A stretch of DNA of 64,000 nucleotides. It comes from Gordius albopunctatus. Lineage: Eukaryota. Both the position numbers and the translations under genes were made by a program. The notes under the pieces are model-generated. The model ran no database searches. It had not been told where the DNA came from and saw only the letters and a program-made list of their open reading frames with translations. Shown here piece after piece: positions 1-13,717 of the stretch. How positions within the stretch are numbered: the first letter of the stretch is position 1; each line of letters starts with the position of its first letter. The stretch spans positions 18,042,001-18,106,000 of the forward strand of contig OZ193909.1 of the NCBI GenBank assembly GCA_964276515.1, given 5' to 3'.

Positions 1-38
1 TTAGACTCAAATGTTTTAATATATAAATTTTATTGAAG

Positions 39-3000
39 ATTGCGCAGAATTAGTACGCAAATTTAGAGAAGAGGCTATAAAATTTCAAGAGGTTGAGAAG
101 CTGAAAAGAGATTTGGAACTGATTAATAATAAACTTTCAGCTGAGAATTCCTCTTTAGTTACCCGACTAAATAATGCGAGATGTATGTTGGAAGAGGAAT
201 TAAATAAGAACTCAACACTTGAAAAGAAGAGCAAACTACTTGTAACAACTAAATATATTAAATGTTGATTTTTTTAAGGAAAATCAAATAAATTTAATCA
301 GAGAAGTCTTATTTGATAAAAACAAAACTTTGTTAAATGATGAACAAAAGGCTAAATTATCTTTCTTAGATATACCAACTTTGATAGTTCCAACTACTAC
401 TCCTAAAGCTACCATTCCTAAGAGGTAATATTTACGTAAGAAAAAAAATTATTAATCTAGGGAAGCTAAAAGATCAGCATCTTTGCTGGCTCCTTTCAAA
501 TATGAAGCTACTGAGGACTCTCTAGATCCTGTAGCTTTGGATAAAATGATGAGTGAATATAATGAAGAAGAAATTATAAATAAAGTGGCTCCATTGAATA
601 CATCAAACAAGAAGCGTCCATCTGATGATGAACATGGAAATAATGATTATAAAAAAGCAAAAAACAATGTAAATTTTCATTTGGTGAACTATATTAACAT
701 TTAAATATCTATTCATATTAATTTAGGGTCTCTATCCTGAAATTGAGACAGCTCATAATTATGAGTTATCTGGAAGAAAAAGCTTGTTGAATCGTAGTTT
801 AAGTCAACCATCCTTAAATAATTTGGGTAATTAAATTTTAAATTTGCTTTTTCCCTTAACACTTTTAATAAAATAGATTTTATAGATGTTGATACAAAGG
901 GAGATAATGGATTTCAACCCTTAATAATTGAGAGTGTCCACGAAGAAAAATTACCAACTTCAACTAATATAAAAACTAAGACCCCAGCTCGTGAGAGGAG
1001 CAATACAATATGTAATCCAACGTTGTCAACATGGAATTCTGCAGGTTTTAATCAACAACAATTTTTATTTAAATTTAATATTTGAATGCTGTTTTTTACT
1101 GTAGCATTTTTATATTAAGTAACATTTAAAGTGAGGATTTGGAAAAAGCACAACTTTCTTCACATAAATTTTGGTGAACATGGTTTTACCTAGCATTGGA
1201 ATTAGAGAGAGGGAGGGGCAAAATAAACATTTTTTGAAATTTTAGCCAACACTCTAATAAATTTCAAATAAATTGGTTTCAAAGGGGGGCAGCTGCCCCC
1301 CCCCCACCATTGACTACGCCCATGTTGGTAAATATTATAGTTGTTATCCAACTTGCCCATATATCCTTAACGTGACTACTGTTATTTTATCCTGATTTAA
1401 ATTAAAAACGATATTCATCATATATAACGCCGCCTAATTGTTTAATAGGGTAATATCCTATTAGCTAAAGATAGAGTTGTTAAATTGCTAAATTTCTTCA
1501 AACTCCAGACGCGAGCACGCACACTGAGTTGCTTAATATACGCGTTAGCACAATATGTGCTCGCTTTTGGTGCACTAGGCAGAGCAGTAGCATATAAAAA
1601 TGCTCGAGGGCCGAGCAGAAACTAGAGCAGATGGTAGCTGGAGTTGAAGAAAGTTAGCAATATAACGACTCTAGCTAAAGAATGCTTAATTTTTCGCCTA
1701 CACGTAAACAAATTCATAATGAAAATTTTAATTTTGTGAAATGTAATGTTGCTAGGGAAATTGATCAAGTCTCGTCCACACATCTTCATGATAAAATCTC
1801 ACTTTACCAACGAGCCGTGTGGCCCGTGTGGTAAAAAGATCAAATTTGGTTCTAAAGTCCTGAAGTGCAGAGATTGCAAAGCCACGTGCCACACCTATTG
1901 CCAAGGGGATGTCCCACTGCCTTGTATACACTCGAATACCCCCAAGTTGGCTAAGCAACAAGTCCGTCCTCAGCTCTGTTGATTTTGACAATACTTTTGG
2001 CAATTTCAAAAATATTGATTAATACCATTCATTATTGGCCTAACTTTGATTTTAACTGTAAGCAAAAGGGAAAAAATTGGATTTTGGTTCTTTAAAATTA
2101 ATGATTAAGATGGAAAAATTTGTTTTTATCGGGGGTTTGAACCCGACCAAAAAATTATATGTGCCGGAAACATGAAAATATTGAAATTAGAATCGTATGG
2201 TTTTCGTAAAACTGAGATATTTAATTCACAATATATTTTTGAAATAAAAATCGGACCCCTTTTTTGTATTCATCAGGTTCGGGTTTTAAGGGTATTTTTA
2301 AAAATGGGTTCGGTTTCGGGACAAACCCCTGGTTTTTATAGCCTAAATTTATATATTAAAAAGTTTATTTTAATAATATATATAATTTCTATATTATATT
2401 CTGACAATAAAAATCCAATGCTAAAATAAAATTCTCTTTTTTACATCTAAATTCTCTATTTTCCGTGATACATTCGTCATATAGAATTATCACTTGACGG
2501 AATTTATCCCCGGAAATCCGCCGTACATACCAGCCATAGTTATACATTGCATATACGCCATCGAGTGCAGGGGTATGAAAGATGTGGGCCTCTACAGAGT
2601 TCCTGGGTAATGCCGACAAACTATTTTATTCCTCTGTACTGGGGTCTATTTGACCCCAAAAGTTTGTGTTTGGCCTGAACTAGTGATGATCAAAACCTAG
2701 GTCAGGTTTTCCCGAGGTCCAACCTCAGGTCGGTTTTAGGTTCGGGAACCTGAACCCTTAGGTTGCCTGATCAAGTTTTGATCATCACTAGCCTGAACGG
2801 TAATTCAACGTCTAAGTCTTTTAAAAACGGCTCGGTTTGGTTCGTCTATTTTCCTTACTCGACCGTTAGTCTTAGTCAAACAGCACTCAGCCATGTTTAC
2901 CCCAGAGACCAGATTGCCCGGCCCGCCCTCAACTGTCTTAAATTTTTATTTTCGAGGGTGGGCGGCACGAAGATAGGATTCGGGCTTAATAAGATTTTTT

Positions 3001-6000
3001 AAATAGTGTATTATTTTGTTACTTTTCATTTTATTGCATATTAAAATGCTAAAAAAGTTAAGAAACTTGATTTCGCCATCACAAAGTTTCTCTAATTAAC
3101 CTTTATTATTTCCTTATCATTCGTCGCTTTCGCTAAGTTACTACTTATTTTAATGATAAAAAATTTCTATACCTTTCTTTTTTGCTTTAAGTTAAAAGAA
3201 TTATCCATAAATTGCATTTAAATTCTATTGATAAATTATTGTCTTTTTATCAAAAAAGTAAGTTTTAACAGAGCACAGATTGACTAATTTAACCAATTTT
3301 ATTCATTAAGAAGTTTATTTATGGGCTGGGCAAAGGGGTTAACTCCAAAGGGGAGTATAATTTTGTTTATTGTAATATTATTTATTAAATATGTAAACTT
3401 TAAACTTAATTAAAAAATTGGTACATAAATATTTTCATGGAATTGTTTGATTAAATATGCCATTAATTTAATGCTTATTTTTTAATTGTGGTTGAAAAAA
3501 TTTGAGATCGCAAAATTTGGGGCCTAACAGGCAAATTTAATATTTCGGCCCTGGCAATGAAGTTAAAAAATTGAACCGGGCCGGGTTCGGGCATAAGATT
3601 CCTAACAAATCTGACCTCTGGTGTTTACTACACTAGTTCTACCTCAAGCCGAGCTTTAGGCAGCTACATTGTACTTTTATGCCTAAATTTTTTTGATGAT
3701 TTAAAACGAAAATTTTATTAATAAGGAGTTTTAGTACATTTTTTTCATATTATTTTTAATCGTTTATATATAGTTCGGAGAAAGAAGTCAGGGAATTGAA
3801 GGAAAAATTTTTGAAGGGAAAGACACCTTGCTTGGTAATCATAATTATTACGTTTCTCATGTATGACTGTTACGTAAACGTGTTATAATCTTGTAGCGTG
3901 TTATAAATCATTTTTAAACATGCTGCTTTTTTTTAAATTATAAATTTTTTTAAGTAAATTTCACTAATATTCGCCCCTATTGAAGGTTTTATTACTCTAA
4001 ATTTAATGAATTTATGGGTGGTTTTTTTTGTGAAAAATTGTCAAATTTTTAATTAGACGACATTTTTATTATATCCTAGTCTTTAAAAATGAAAATCTTC
4101 TTTTTTATTATCTTTCCACCTGAAAAAAGTCCTATTTTGAAATAATAGTGGAGTTTATATATTTTTTTTTGATCCTATGCAATTCGGCATTTTCCCTTAA
4201 ACTCTAGCAGTTTTAAATAAATTAAAATGTCTTAATTAAAGCTTTTTAGCTATTCTAATAAATTTTTTGTAAGGAATACCTGCAAGAACTGAATGTTTTA
4301 AATTGTAATACTTTATTTAAAATTTTTGAACTGAAATAGATTTATTTTTTAAAAAATATAATAATTTTGACAATTCTAATCTAATGGAGATCGTTCTGCT
4401 TTGGTATGTGTTTAGGATAAAATAATGGACATTAACGTTATCTGTGGCTGCCTAAAAGATTTCTTCCGAAACCTTAGTGAACCGCTCATCACACGCGCCC
4501 TATGGCAGGAATTCGTCAGTTCGGCCGGTATCTCAATAATTTCTAATAAATATTTTTTACACATTTTTTATTCAACCATTTTTCATAACTAACTATTAGC
4601 GTTGTAAAAACGGGGCTGGTTTTAGTTTGGTCGGTCTTTGCGTTTAGCCGACTAAACACCAATCAAAACCCGCTTTTTGCGAACTTGGGTATCGCGATGT
4701 GTACTTTGATTTTGCATTTAAAGGGGTCAAGCAAAAAGATTTGATCAAAGGGACCACCCTTATGTGTCAAAACATAATGAAATTGCCAGTGGCCAATCGG
4801 GATACCCTCTCGTTCCTCATGCTCCATTTGCAAAAGTATGAGATTGTTTATTAGTGCACGCGCGCTCAATTTTTTTTATAATTTTTAAAGTGTGACCCAA
4901 TAAATTTGATTGTCGAGCCCTTCGAGTAATTATATTGTGGGTCGGGAAAGGATCTATGTGAATGTTTATACGAGCTCATTTGCAGTGTATAGCGTTTCGA
5001 AATTTGGGCCTTCATTTTAGATTGTTTCTAACGAACGTTGCTACGTAAAACTTGTAATTCAAAGCAATATCGCTAACCTCTACTAGCGTCTAATAAGTCA
5101 AAATTTCCTAATTATTTTTCTGGTTAATACTATATTGACGTTTACATTGTGAGTCCGTTTAGATGTCAAACATTTAATATTTATTGTGTAAATTAATATT
5201 TTATGATAAAAAGAAATGGCAATTGATTATTTCCTCCGTTAACTTTTCGTGTGGATAGCCGTTACATTTTCGTTGATTTATAGGGTAGCTGCTATAAGAG
5301 AAAACAAGATGCCCATCTCTAATTTAGCCATGATCTTTGCCCCATCCATCGTGGGTTTCAGTTCAACTGATCCGACCCCTTTCGCGGAAATATACGATTT
5401 CGGGAAACAAGCTTTGGTAAAATTTAGGGGACTCGTATTTAAAAAAATTCCACTTTATAAGCGTAATTAATGTTTAAACTTATTTCCTAATTTTAATGTA
5501 GAATTAATATAGAATTTAAAGTAGCAACGCGCTTGTGTTGTGTTGAGGTATATCAGTTTTGATTGAGTATTTTGCGATTTTAACAGTTTTTATTATAAAA
5601 TTAGCAAAATTAGGTCTTATTGCACAATGTAATCATGCACGCTATTTTTAAACATAATATTTATATGACTTTTTAAGCACTAAAAGGAAATGTATAAAAT
5701 TACTTTTATTGATGTTTATCAACTTTTTGATTTAGTTAAATTTAAAGACGACAGTGTAAGATAAGAGAAACATACTCTCTGAAGCCTATTTGCTTTAATA
5801 ATTTTTAATTATAACTATAATTCATTTCTCTATGCAAGTTAAGGGCTCACCTTTGGTCATGTTCAACTTGTTGGCCTATAATGGGAAAACTTCAAAAATC
5901 TGCTAGAATTGCCCAAAACTAATTTGTCTAACTTCGGCCCACGGCCAGAATCCATTTTATATTTGACCCGTGCAAAATTACATAGCTTTTTCGCCTTGTT

Positions 6001-6354
6001 TTAACAGGTCATTGAACAAATGCTGACGTTACCAACTGAATTTTGGAACCAATTTATAGATACGGATGCCCTACTAACCGTAGAAGAACAATCACCCGAA
6101 AAAGGTGTCACAACTGTTTTAATTTTAAATCGAGAAAACTTAATATTATTTTTTAAAAAAATTAAAATTGTGAATTATATTTTTTTTAAATATTTTTTAG
6201 GTTCTTCCAACAATGATTGTGATACCCCCATCAAGTCCAGGTTTTACCGATTACCTTTTAATTTTTATGCTTTTTGATGTTTTTTTATAGGATCGGACAC
6301 AGTATTAAGCATCCGTCAAAGTTTTTTACTTCGCCCAGATTATTTCCACACTAA
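39..6354 (+). CDS. RACGAP1: Rac GTPase-activating protein 1 (MgcRacGAP/CYK-4), multi-exon, 5' end upstream of the window
   Basis: Inferred exons: 39-241, 279-424, 461-668, 727-826, 877-1044, 1756-1961, 2485-2606, 3774-3834, 4416-4527, 4724-4835, 5284-5416, 6008-6104, 6201-6240, 6291-6354; all GT-AG and in phase. N-terminal coiled coil (RLNNARCMLEEEL..ENQINLIREVL), C1 domain (HIF..CGPCGKKIKFG..KCRDCKATCH..C..PLPC), RhoGAP domain with arginine finger (GLYRVPG, CLKDFFRNLSEPL, LPVANRDTLSFLMLHL, KMPISNLAMIFAPSIV) and C-terminal KFFTSP. Confidence 0.93.
1472..1673. mobile_element. hAT-type MITE (~202 bp) in a RACGAP1 intron
   Basis: ~35-bp TIRs starting TAGAGTTGTTAAATTGCTAA; 8-bp TSD GCTAAAGA (1464-1471, 1674-1681); near-identical inverted copy at 21752-21954. 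Confidence 0.9.
2681..2790. mobile_element. hAT-type MITE (110 bp)
   Basis: TIRs TAGTGATGATCAAAAC / GTTTTGATCATCACTA; 8-bp TSD GCCTGAAC on both sides. Confidence 0.88.
2903..3620. mobile_element. Probable older hAT-type non-autonomous element
   Basis: Imperfect TIRs CAGAGACCAGATT / AATCTGACCTCTG, GC-rich subterminal CCCGG motifs, TGTTTAC near both ends (imperfect TSD). Confidence 0.45.
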
Positions 6355-7818
6355 TTACTACTAGCATCTCTGATTTATACACGTTTTGTGGGTTGTATAA
6401 AATGTTTTTTAATTACTTATTATTCCAATATTCTATACTTGTTTGGATTCTACCAGCTAATGTATTTTATTTATATCTCGTAATTTACTCTATTTCATCA
6501 TATAACCACCTCTAAAGTGTATATCATACGTGTATGATTGGTTGCTATGCCATTAAATACTTTTGTGAAATTCGAAAATTACATATCATAAAATACAATA
6601 AAATGTGTGTGTTTGTGGAGTGAATAAATGTTTATTTGTTATTAACACGTAACTACTTCAATTTAAAAAAGTCGCTGTAATTAGTTAATTTAGTTGCGAG
6701 GAAATTGTAACTGTAGTTGATTACATTATTTTAGCTGGTTCCTGAGGAAAAATATTTTTTTAACTATGTTTTATACTTTAGGTATAAAAATCGCTTGTTT
6801 AAATTGTTCAAATAAAACATTTTACATATGACAATGAATTTGGGCACCATCTTAAATTATGCCTTTAAAAAAATTTGACCCTGACTCCCGATAAGAAAGC
6901 ATTAATCAAGGAACCGCCCTCGAGCGTTTTTTTAACCCTCGGGGCTCAACGCTCTTTCCAAATCCTTTTGCGCGAGCCCTTACGTCGTATAATCAAAACG
7001 AAATATGCATTTAAAGCGTTTTGAAATCCATGAAAAAGGATTTTTTTACATTTTTTTTGGGGGGGGGGGGGGGTTACATATCGTACGTTGGTTGGCCTGC
7101 CTTTAAAACTTTTCTATTAGGAATAAAAAAGGAGTATGAATTTATTCATATGTTAAAATTTACAATATTTATAAGAGAAACCGCTAAGTTATATAATTTT
7201 AAGTCAGACTAGCGCCTAGTTATGGGGCACTGTCCTCACAGAACTCGTCCAGACTCTATATAAACGTAGTAAATTTGCTATGCAGTGTAAAGGAGGTGGG
7301 AAAGGCTTTCATATAAGCATAAGTTTCACTAGCAATTAAAAGAACCAAAAAGCGGGTCCATAAATTGAATAGCTATTACAATAACTAAAATGATAAAATG
7401 GATTTATTTAATATAGGGCATCAAGATCTTCCTTCGCCTTAGATTTCAGTCTACTCAAAAAATTCCATAGTAAAACAAAAAGCTAGAGTAAATGTTATAT
7501 TTATTAAAATTTGTGTTTATAACTTGCAAATTTAAATATAGCGAAACGCTAATTTATGGCAGAATTTTGAATAAATTGCAATTTTTATATTTAGCAAAAT
7601 TCTTTGAAAAAAACTTTATACCTTTCAAAGGCTGGGTTCAATGTTTTATCAAATGATCCCACATCCTTAATTAAAATCTAATAAAAATCGGGAGAAAATC
7701 GAACGTTTTTAAATATTTATACAACTCTACATAATCCTTTGCACAAACATTAAGAATTAAATGCTTTCATCACACCCATCTACTATTGCTTGATATGCGT
7801 GTTTAGTCATTTAGTATA

Positions 7819-8210
7819 TGGGCCATTGCATGACACAGATTTAAATAATTTTTAGTGAGGTTGAAGGTCGCATCATAGCGTAGTAATTTCTGAAATTTAA
7901 GCCATTTTACGCCAACACTTTTTAAGTTATGGACATTCAGAGGGGCAAAAATCTCGCTAGGGCGCGTTTTATTGATTTTACTATACACACAAAAATTGAA
8001 GAGGATAGGGCCATCACCATCAAAAATAAAATTAATCAAAAGCGCCTGAGCGTAATTTTTGGCATCTTTGAACGTGATTGGCGCAAAATGGCTAAAATTT
8101 TCAAAAATTACTATAATATTTGAGGCCTACATTCTCAACAAAAAATTATCTAAATCTGAAATGGTCGGTCGAAAATCGTCTTTTTAGAAGATTCTACATG
8201 GAATGGCCCA
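7819..8210. mobile_element. MITE with TGGGCCATT(G/C)CATG termini
   Basis: 14-bp TIR with one mismatch, flanked by TA on both sides. Confidence 0.55.
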
Positions 8211-8463
8211 TAAAATTGAGGTTATAATAAAATGTGAAAATTTCTAAAATCTTATTCATTTATGCCATATAAAAGTAAAAGAGAATATATAAAAAAATTT
8301 TAAAACTTGCCCTTTTATAAATCTATAACTAATTTCGGCCATTTATTTCATAGCAATCACACATTTAAAAACAATACAAGTTTGTTATAAATATATACAG
8401 AGTCCATGATATAATATATAATGCAAATCTTTTAAAATGAAAAATAAAATAATTATTTTTCAT

Positions 8464-9810
8464 TCACATAGTTGTTAATAAATTTTCCAATTCTTCAATC
8501 TCTCGCTCAACTTCCCCCTTTTTGGAGACTTTAGTTATCTGTTCAATGCCTGGTTTGGAGATGTGGCCAGTGTTTATTTGTTCTTCGAGCTCCTCAATTT
8601 GACGCAATTTTTTTGTTAAATTTCTAATCTTTTTCTGTATCGTTTCTTTATTACCTGGTGAACTTGTGTTCTGGATTATTGGTTTAGCTATTTCCCACAA
8701 AATATAATTATTATTATTTATATTTATTATTAATTATTATTATTAATTAAATAAAATTGATAATATTAAATCTAATAAGTTTTACAAATACACTAATTTT
8801 CATTGATTGTATAATACCATAAATAATCAAGTAATTAAACAATTTTATATTACAAAAAGGTTGGAGGGGATGAAGAGGGATTTAAATTGACAATGTGTAG
8901 TAAAGTAGAATTAATTTGAATTTAAAATGTTAATGCTTTTTGGATTATTTAAATGACAATAACTTTAAAGTTTAATGAATTTAAAGGTAAAGCAAAAGTA
9001 AAAATATGATATAGTCAAAAATAATATAGAGTGTAGTTTAAAGTAATAAGATACTCACAATCTTGGAGGCGCAATGCTGAAAACTGGGCATTCAACTCAT
9101 CTACAGGAGGAGAGCTTTCTGACTTTTTCTTTGACTTCTTTTTGATTTTTATTTCAGTGCCTAAATGCTTTGTGTTTTAATTTGTAAAATTAATTATCAA
9201 ATAAAATAAAAAAAATAATTGTTTACATTGCTTTGTGTGTAATATTAAAAAATTTGAATAATTAGATTATATTTGGTAAACTATGAAAACTTTTTAATAA
9301 TTTGAGTATTATACCATAATGTATATTAAATTACAGAAATTACAATGGTTTTTGATTCCATCTTAGCTATTTCATCAGGATGCAATCCAGGTGGATATTT
9401 GGCATATTGTTTAAGAACCTTTTTACTCTGGCACTCATATCTATAAAAATTTAATCAAATAATTAATTTCAAAATTATATGTAAAAAGGTAGCTATATTA
9501 AGTTAATAATTTTTAATATGAGATTTGAAAACTATATTTATGTATAAAAACTTAGATTATGCATTTTATAGTATATATATTTAACTAATTTTGCAGCTGT
9601 ATAATGTAATTCTTTAAATAAGCTGTAATGTATTAAATATATATTACGCTGGTACTTCTTCTTGAGGAATATACCCTTCTTTCACCTTAATTTCCTTTCT
9701 CCATGTACCGTCTGGCCTTCTGGATGCAGGTATATAAGTGCATCCTATAAATAGGAATAATTATGTAGGTAATTGCCCTTACCATCTTTTCCAATTTTCA
9801 AATTTTGCAT
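8464..9810 (-). CDS. PYM1: Partner of Y14 and Mago (PYM/WIBG), exon junction complex disassembly factor
   Basis: Exons (minus): 9810-9783, 9744-9648, 9440-9344, 9167-9059, 8687-8464. Signature [36 protein letters not shown] motif and C-terminal [39 protein letters not shown]. Confidence 0.93.
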
Positions 9811-11002
9811 ATGTTTTAATACGTTGGCGTTTAATTACATTCAAAGTTATGCTATATTCATTTAATAAAAACTCATTCCAAAAACTTTGGTTCCTTGAAA
9901 CACTTTTATCATGCTGAAATTAAGTGACTTACCGGAAAACATGGTAAATTCTAAAGTAATCTTCTCTAGGTAAGGACCAATTTACAACCTAACGAGGCAA
10001 ATACATTTATCAAGAGAGGGAATATAAATTATATCCTGAAGAAGATTTCTATCAGCATGCTCTTAATGAAACAATAAATTATGCATGAAAAATATAAGAA
10101 ATATTTGAATTTCCATACATTTTCTACTTAAATGGAGGAGGATATTCCTTAATCATCCTAAATTAAACTAAATAATTTTGATATTTATAATAGTTATATT
10201 TGGTGTTTAATACACCAATGCAAGGTATAGCAATTTATTCCAGACAGCAACAATTTTATTTCATGTAGGAGTAAAAATGTTTCGCGAGTCAAAATTACAC
10301 GACTCATTATAATTGCGTACACATTGCGTTTATATAATTTATAAAATACATAATCATTATTATTGGAAAAATCGATAATATTCTTGGAAGATTTAATTAA
10401 TCGATGCACTTCCATGAAGGATGATTATTATTCTGGGAACATCTAAATTAATCGATGCGCTTCCATGAAGGACGTCACTGGATTCAATTCTACGAAATAA
10501 ATCGTTATCGTGCAATTGATTGATTGACTCATCGGAACTTGGGTCTGAAGTTATTTCTCGAAAATTTACATCCGCTACGTATATGAAATGCTGTTAAAAT
10601 TTATTTTTGTATTGATCATAAGTTTATTATTTCTTTAACTACCTATTTTTCTAAAAGCTTAAGTGAATTTACAATATATAGAATGTCAAACAACATGTGT
10701 TTTTTTATGACCACCTTTATACAAGTTTTCGCAATCTAGAAATCAGTCATTTTTTAAAGATTTGATATGTGCCTCTCAACATCTCTTAGTATGTTTTTTT
10801 TTAAAACTGTAGTTTGAAAATTATTTGTCAATTTTAAATAAAGTGCTAGGCAAGCCTTTTTCTTTTTTATTTGTTTTTTAATTTATTTATTTTAAATAAC
10901 CATTAAATTATCATATTCTTTTCTTCTATCTATATATTTCTAGCTTTTTCACCATATTTAAAATTTTTATATTAAATTTATTTGCAGTTAATATAATTTT
11001 CT

Positions 11003-12480
11003 CGAGAAATTTCCGGAGTTCCATAACTACATCTTATTAAGTTATGGCTCAACATCCTTTTTAAGATTTGGGGATTTTAAAATAAGTTCATCGGAAGGTA
11101 TCCAACAAGGTGACCCATTGGGTCCGCCATTATTTTGCTCAGATATCCAAAGTTTAGTGGAACAAATATCGCACGAATGCGACCTAAGACTAAATATTTG
11201 GTATTTGAACGATGCCACACTTTGTGGTCATCCTCGCGAAGTTTTTAAAGCCATCAAAATTATAAAGGATTTTGAACCAATTTTAAAACTAAAACTAAGA
11301 GACCAAATGTGAGATCTTTCAAACCCCTGACCACTCATATCCCCACATTACCCCTTTTTAAGCAACCGAGAAAGACGCTATGTACCATCTTAGATCGCCT
11401 ATAGGTGGTAGAGTTGGACTCGCAACTTATTCGGAGAAAATCTCTCTATTTTAAACTCAAAATTAGCTTCACATCACGCTTTTTACATAATGGAAAACTA
11501 TTTTAATATTTCAAAAATTTAGCACTGTTTTCGCATTCAAGTGCTTTTTTACACTCGGAAATTTTGAACCTCTTCGAACAGAATATTATTAAATCTATTT
11601 TACAATCTATTTTAAATATAAAATTCAATACTCATAGCTGGTTACAAGCTTCCCTACCAACCAAATCGGGTGGTTTAGGGACTCGCTCACCTGCCGCAAT
11701 ATCTCTAGTCTCGTTTATTTCAAGTAATAATTCCGTACAAGACACCATTTTTAAGTTGTATCCGGTTAAAGAAGACCCGCTTTTACCCATTGCTTTGGCT
11801 ATTTGGGAAAACAATACCAATCCCGGAACACCTTTGCCACAAACCTCACGACAAAGAGATTGGGATGCCGGACTTGTGTTGCGCTCCGTTGATTATCTAA
11901 TTTCGAGTAGCGATCACCGGGATGATGCTGGGGGACTCGGAACTTTCGTACTCCATAGCTCTCAGGCTAGGGGTGAAATTTTCGAAGCCATTTATTTGCT
12001 GAAATTGCAGCATACTCGTAGACGAGCAAGCCAGGCATCCCTTACACTGCCTTGCAAACAAATTTAAATATGTTAGACGCAATAAGGCAATACCTTAATT
12101 CAAAGTGCACTGAAGAGAGCAAAAATCCCATCGATCTTGGAGCCATCGGACCCCTCCTTGGAGGGACGTATGCTTCCTGATGGATCTTCTTTAGTCCCAT
12201 TGAGCAATGGTCTTCACTTTAAATGGGATTTCACATGTATTGACCTATTTGCCCCCTCTAACTACAACAATGATTCTTTAGCTGTGGCAGAGGGGCGGAA
12301 AACTATTAAATACAAAGCCCTATTATCCTCAAACATTTTTATTCCATTGGTTGCTTCGTGTTCAGGCACCTTTGGCAAACAGGCCTTAACTTTTTTTAAA
12401 GATGTAGGAAGACGTTCTCCCCCCCCCGTCTAAACATTCGGTATCCTTTTTGCTTAAAACAAAGACTTGGTATTCTACAA
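11003..12480 (+). pseudogene. Decayed, 5'-truncated non-LTR retrotransposon (RT plus restriction-like endonuclease; CRE-like)
   Basis: RT motifs SSEGIQQGDPLGPPLF and LNIWYLNDATL (YLDD changed to YLND), WLQASLPTKSGGLG, and C-terminal LEP..PDGSSL..WDFTCID..AEGRKTIKY..F.P..GTFGKQA endonuclease motifs; broken by frameshifts and stops. Confidence 0.85.
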
Positions 12481-13717
12481 TTTTAAATCGTTCGCGGATT
12501 CTTGGCTAATTTTGGAAGATCCCCTCGATGATGATATATTAGAATACAGTCTAAACTTCTTAATCGCAAATCGGATTATCGCGAAAACCTTTTAATCGCG
12601 AAGTTAACCGCCATTTTGTTTTTTTTAACGATAATATTAACAAAAACATCGTTTATTGACTAATCGCTTAATAGTATAATATCGGATATTCACAAACATT
12701 TTCGAGTCCTTAAATCAACCAGATAATTATATAAATTATCGTTTTATTGTGAAGCTTAAGAAATGAATATTTAATATAATGTACATATACGTTTATTTTC
12801 ATCGTTTATTTGGCCTTTGGCCGGGGTCAGATAAAGTAGAAGTAAACAACGGTCATCATTAATTTGGCCGGAATTATTCAGACTTCGCAAACATCCGATA
12901 TATAGCAACAACCTAGACAAGTTGCAAACAGAATTTATGTATAAAGCTAATCAGTCGAGCCAGTAATGGAATTTGGGCTGGGACGAAGTCAAAAAATTAA
13001 AGCCAACCAACCACCGGTCATAGTGTATTTGAGAAAGCAAAATAAAAGGCATTTACAGAAGCATGAGTCCACAGCCATTAAAAGCTTTTATAAGTTTCCA
13101 CGGCAATTATACAAAATTTATAAGGTAGACAGGACACTCAAGACAAGACGAGACAAGGGAAACGAAAAGCGAGCCCATAAATTGCATAGCAATTAAAACT
13201 ATATTTGCATGCAAAATGTGACATTTTGAATTGTAAAAAATTGTAAACATCTACCATATTTTTTATAATTCAAAAAATACAAATAAAAGTTTTTAAGTAT
13301 CTATGATAAATTTTCATAATTAAAACTACTTTTCGTTAGATTTTATTCCACCACCGGTCCATCCGTCGAGCGCCTTTTTACTCCGGTAAATTAATATTCA
13401 TTGGAAAGTGCACTAGTTTATTAGATGACAATATCTTACCATATAATGCCTTGTGTATATACAAAATATTGAATTAATCTTATATATAAAAATGAAACTA
13501 TGTGTGTGTGTATGCCGCCCCCAATTTTGGAAAACTACCAGACCGATTTGGCTCAAAATTTCACAGTTTATTCCTGACACTCCGGAGCATGTTTCAAGAT
13601 TTGTTCGAGCCAAATCGGTCCAGGAGTTTTCGAGTTTGTTTAATACGTTTTGACGTTTAATAATATGTCAAACAAACGCAACCTCATCGTGTTCTTTGAA
13701 AATTTGAATATACAGTC

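Noticed and set aside
1752..4869. Minus-strand ORFs 1752-2009, 2389-2619 and 4663-4869
   Set aside because: Antisense shadows of RACGAP1 exons.
9226..9232. 4-nt micro-exon in PYM1 to fix the reading phase
   Set aside because: Unnecessary: the acceptor at 9168-9169 (exon starting 9167) restores the frame.
10395..10473. Direct duplication of ~30 bp (ATTAATCGATGC.CTTCCATGAAGGA) upstream of PYM1
   Set aside because: Only two copies and no evidence of function; likely a local slippage duplication.
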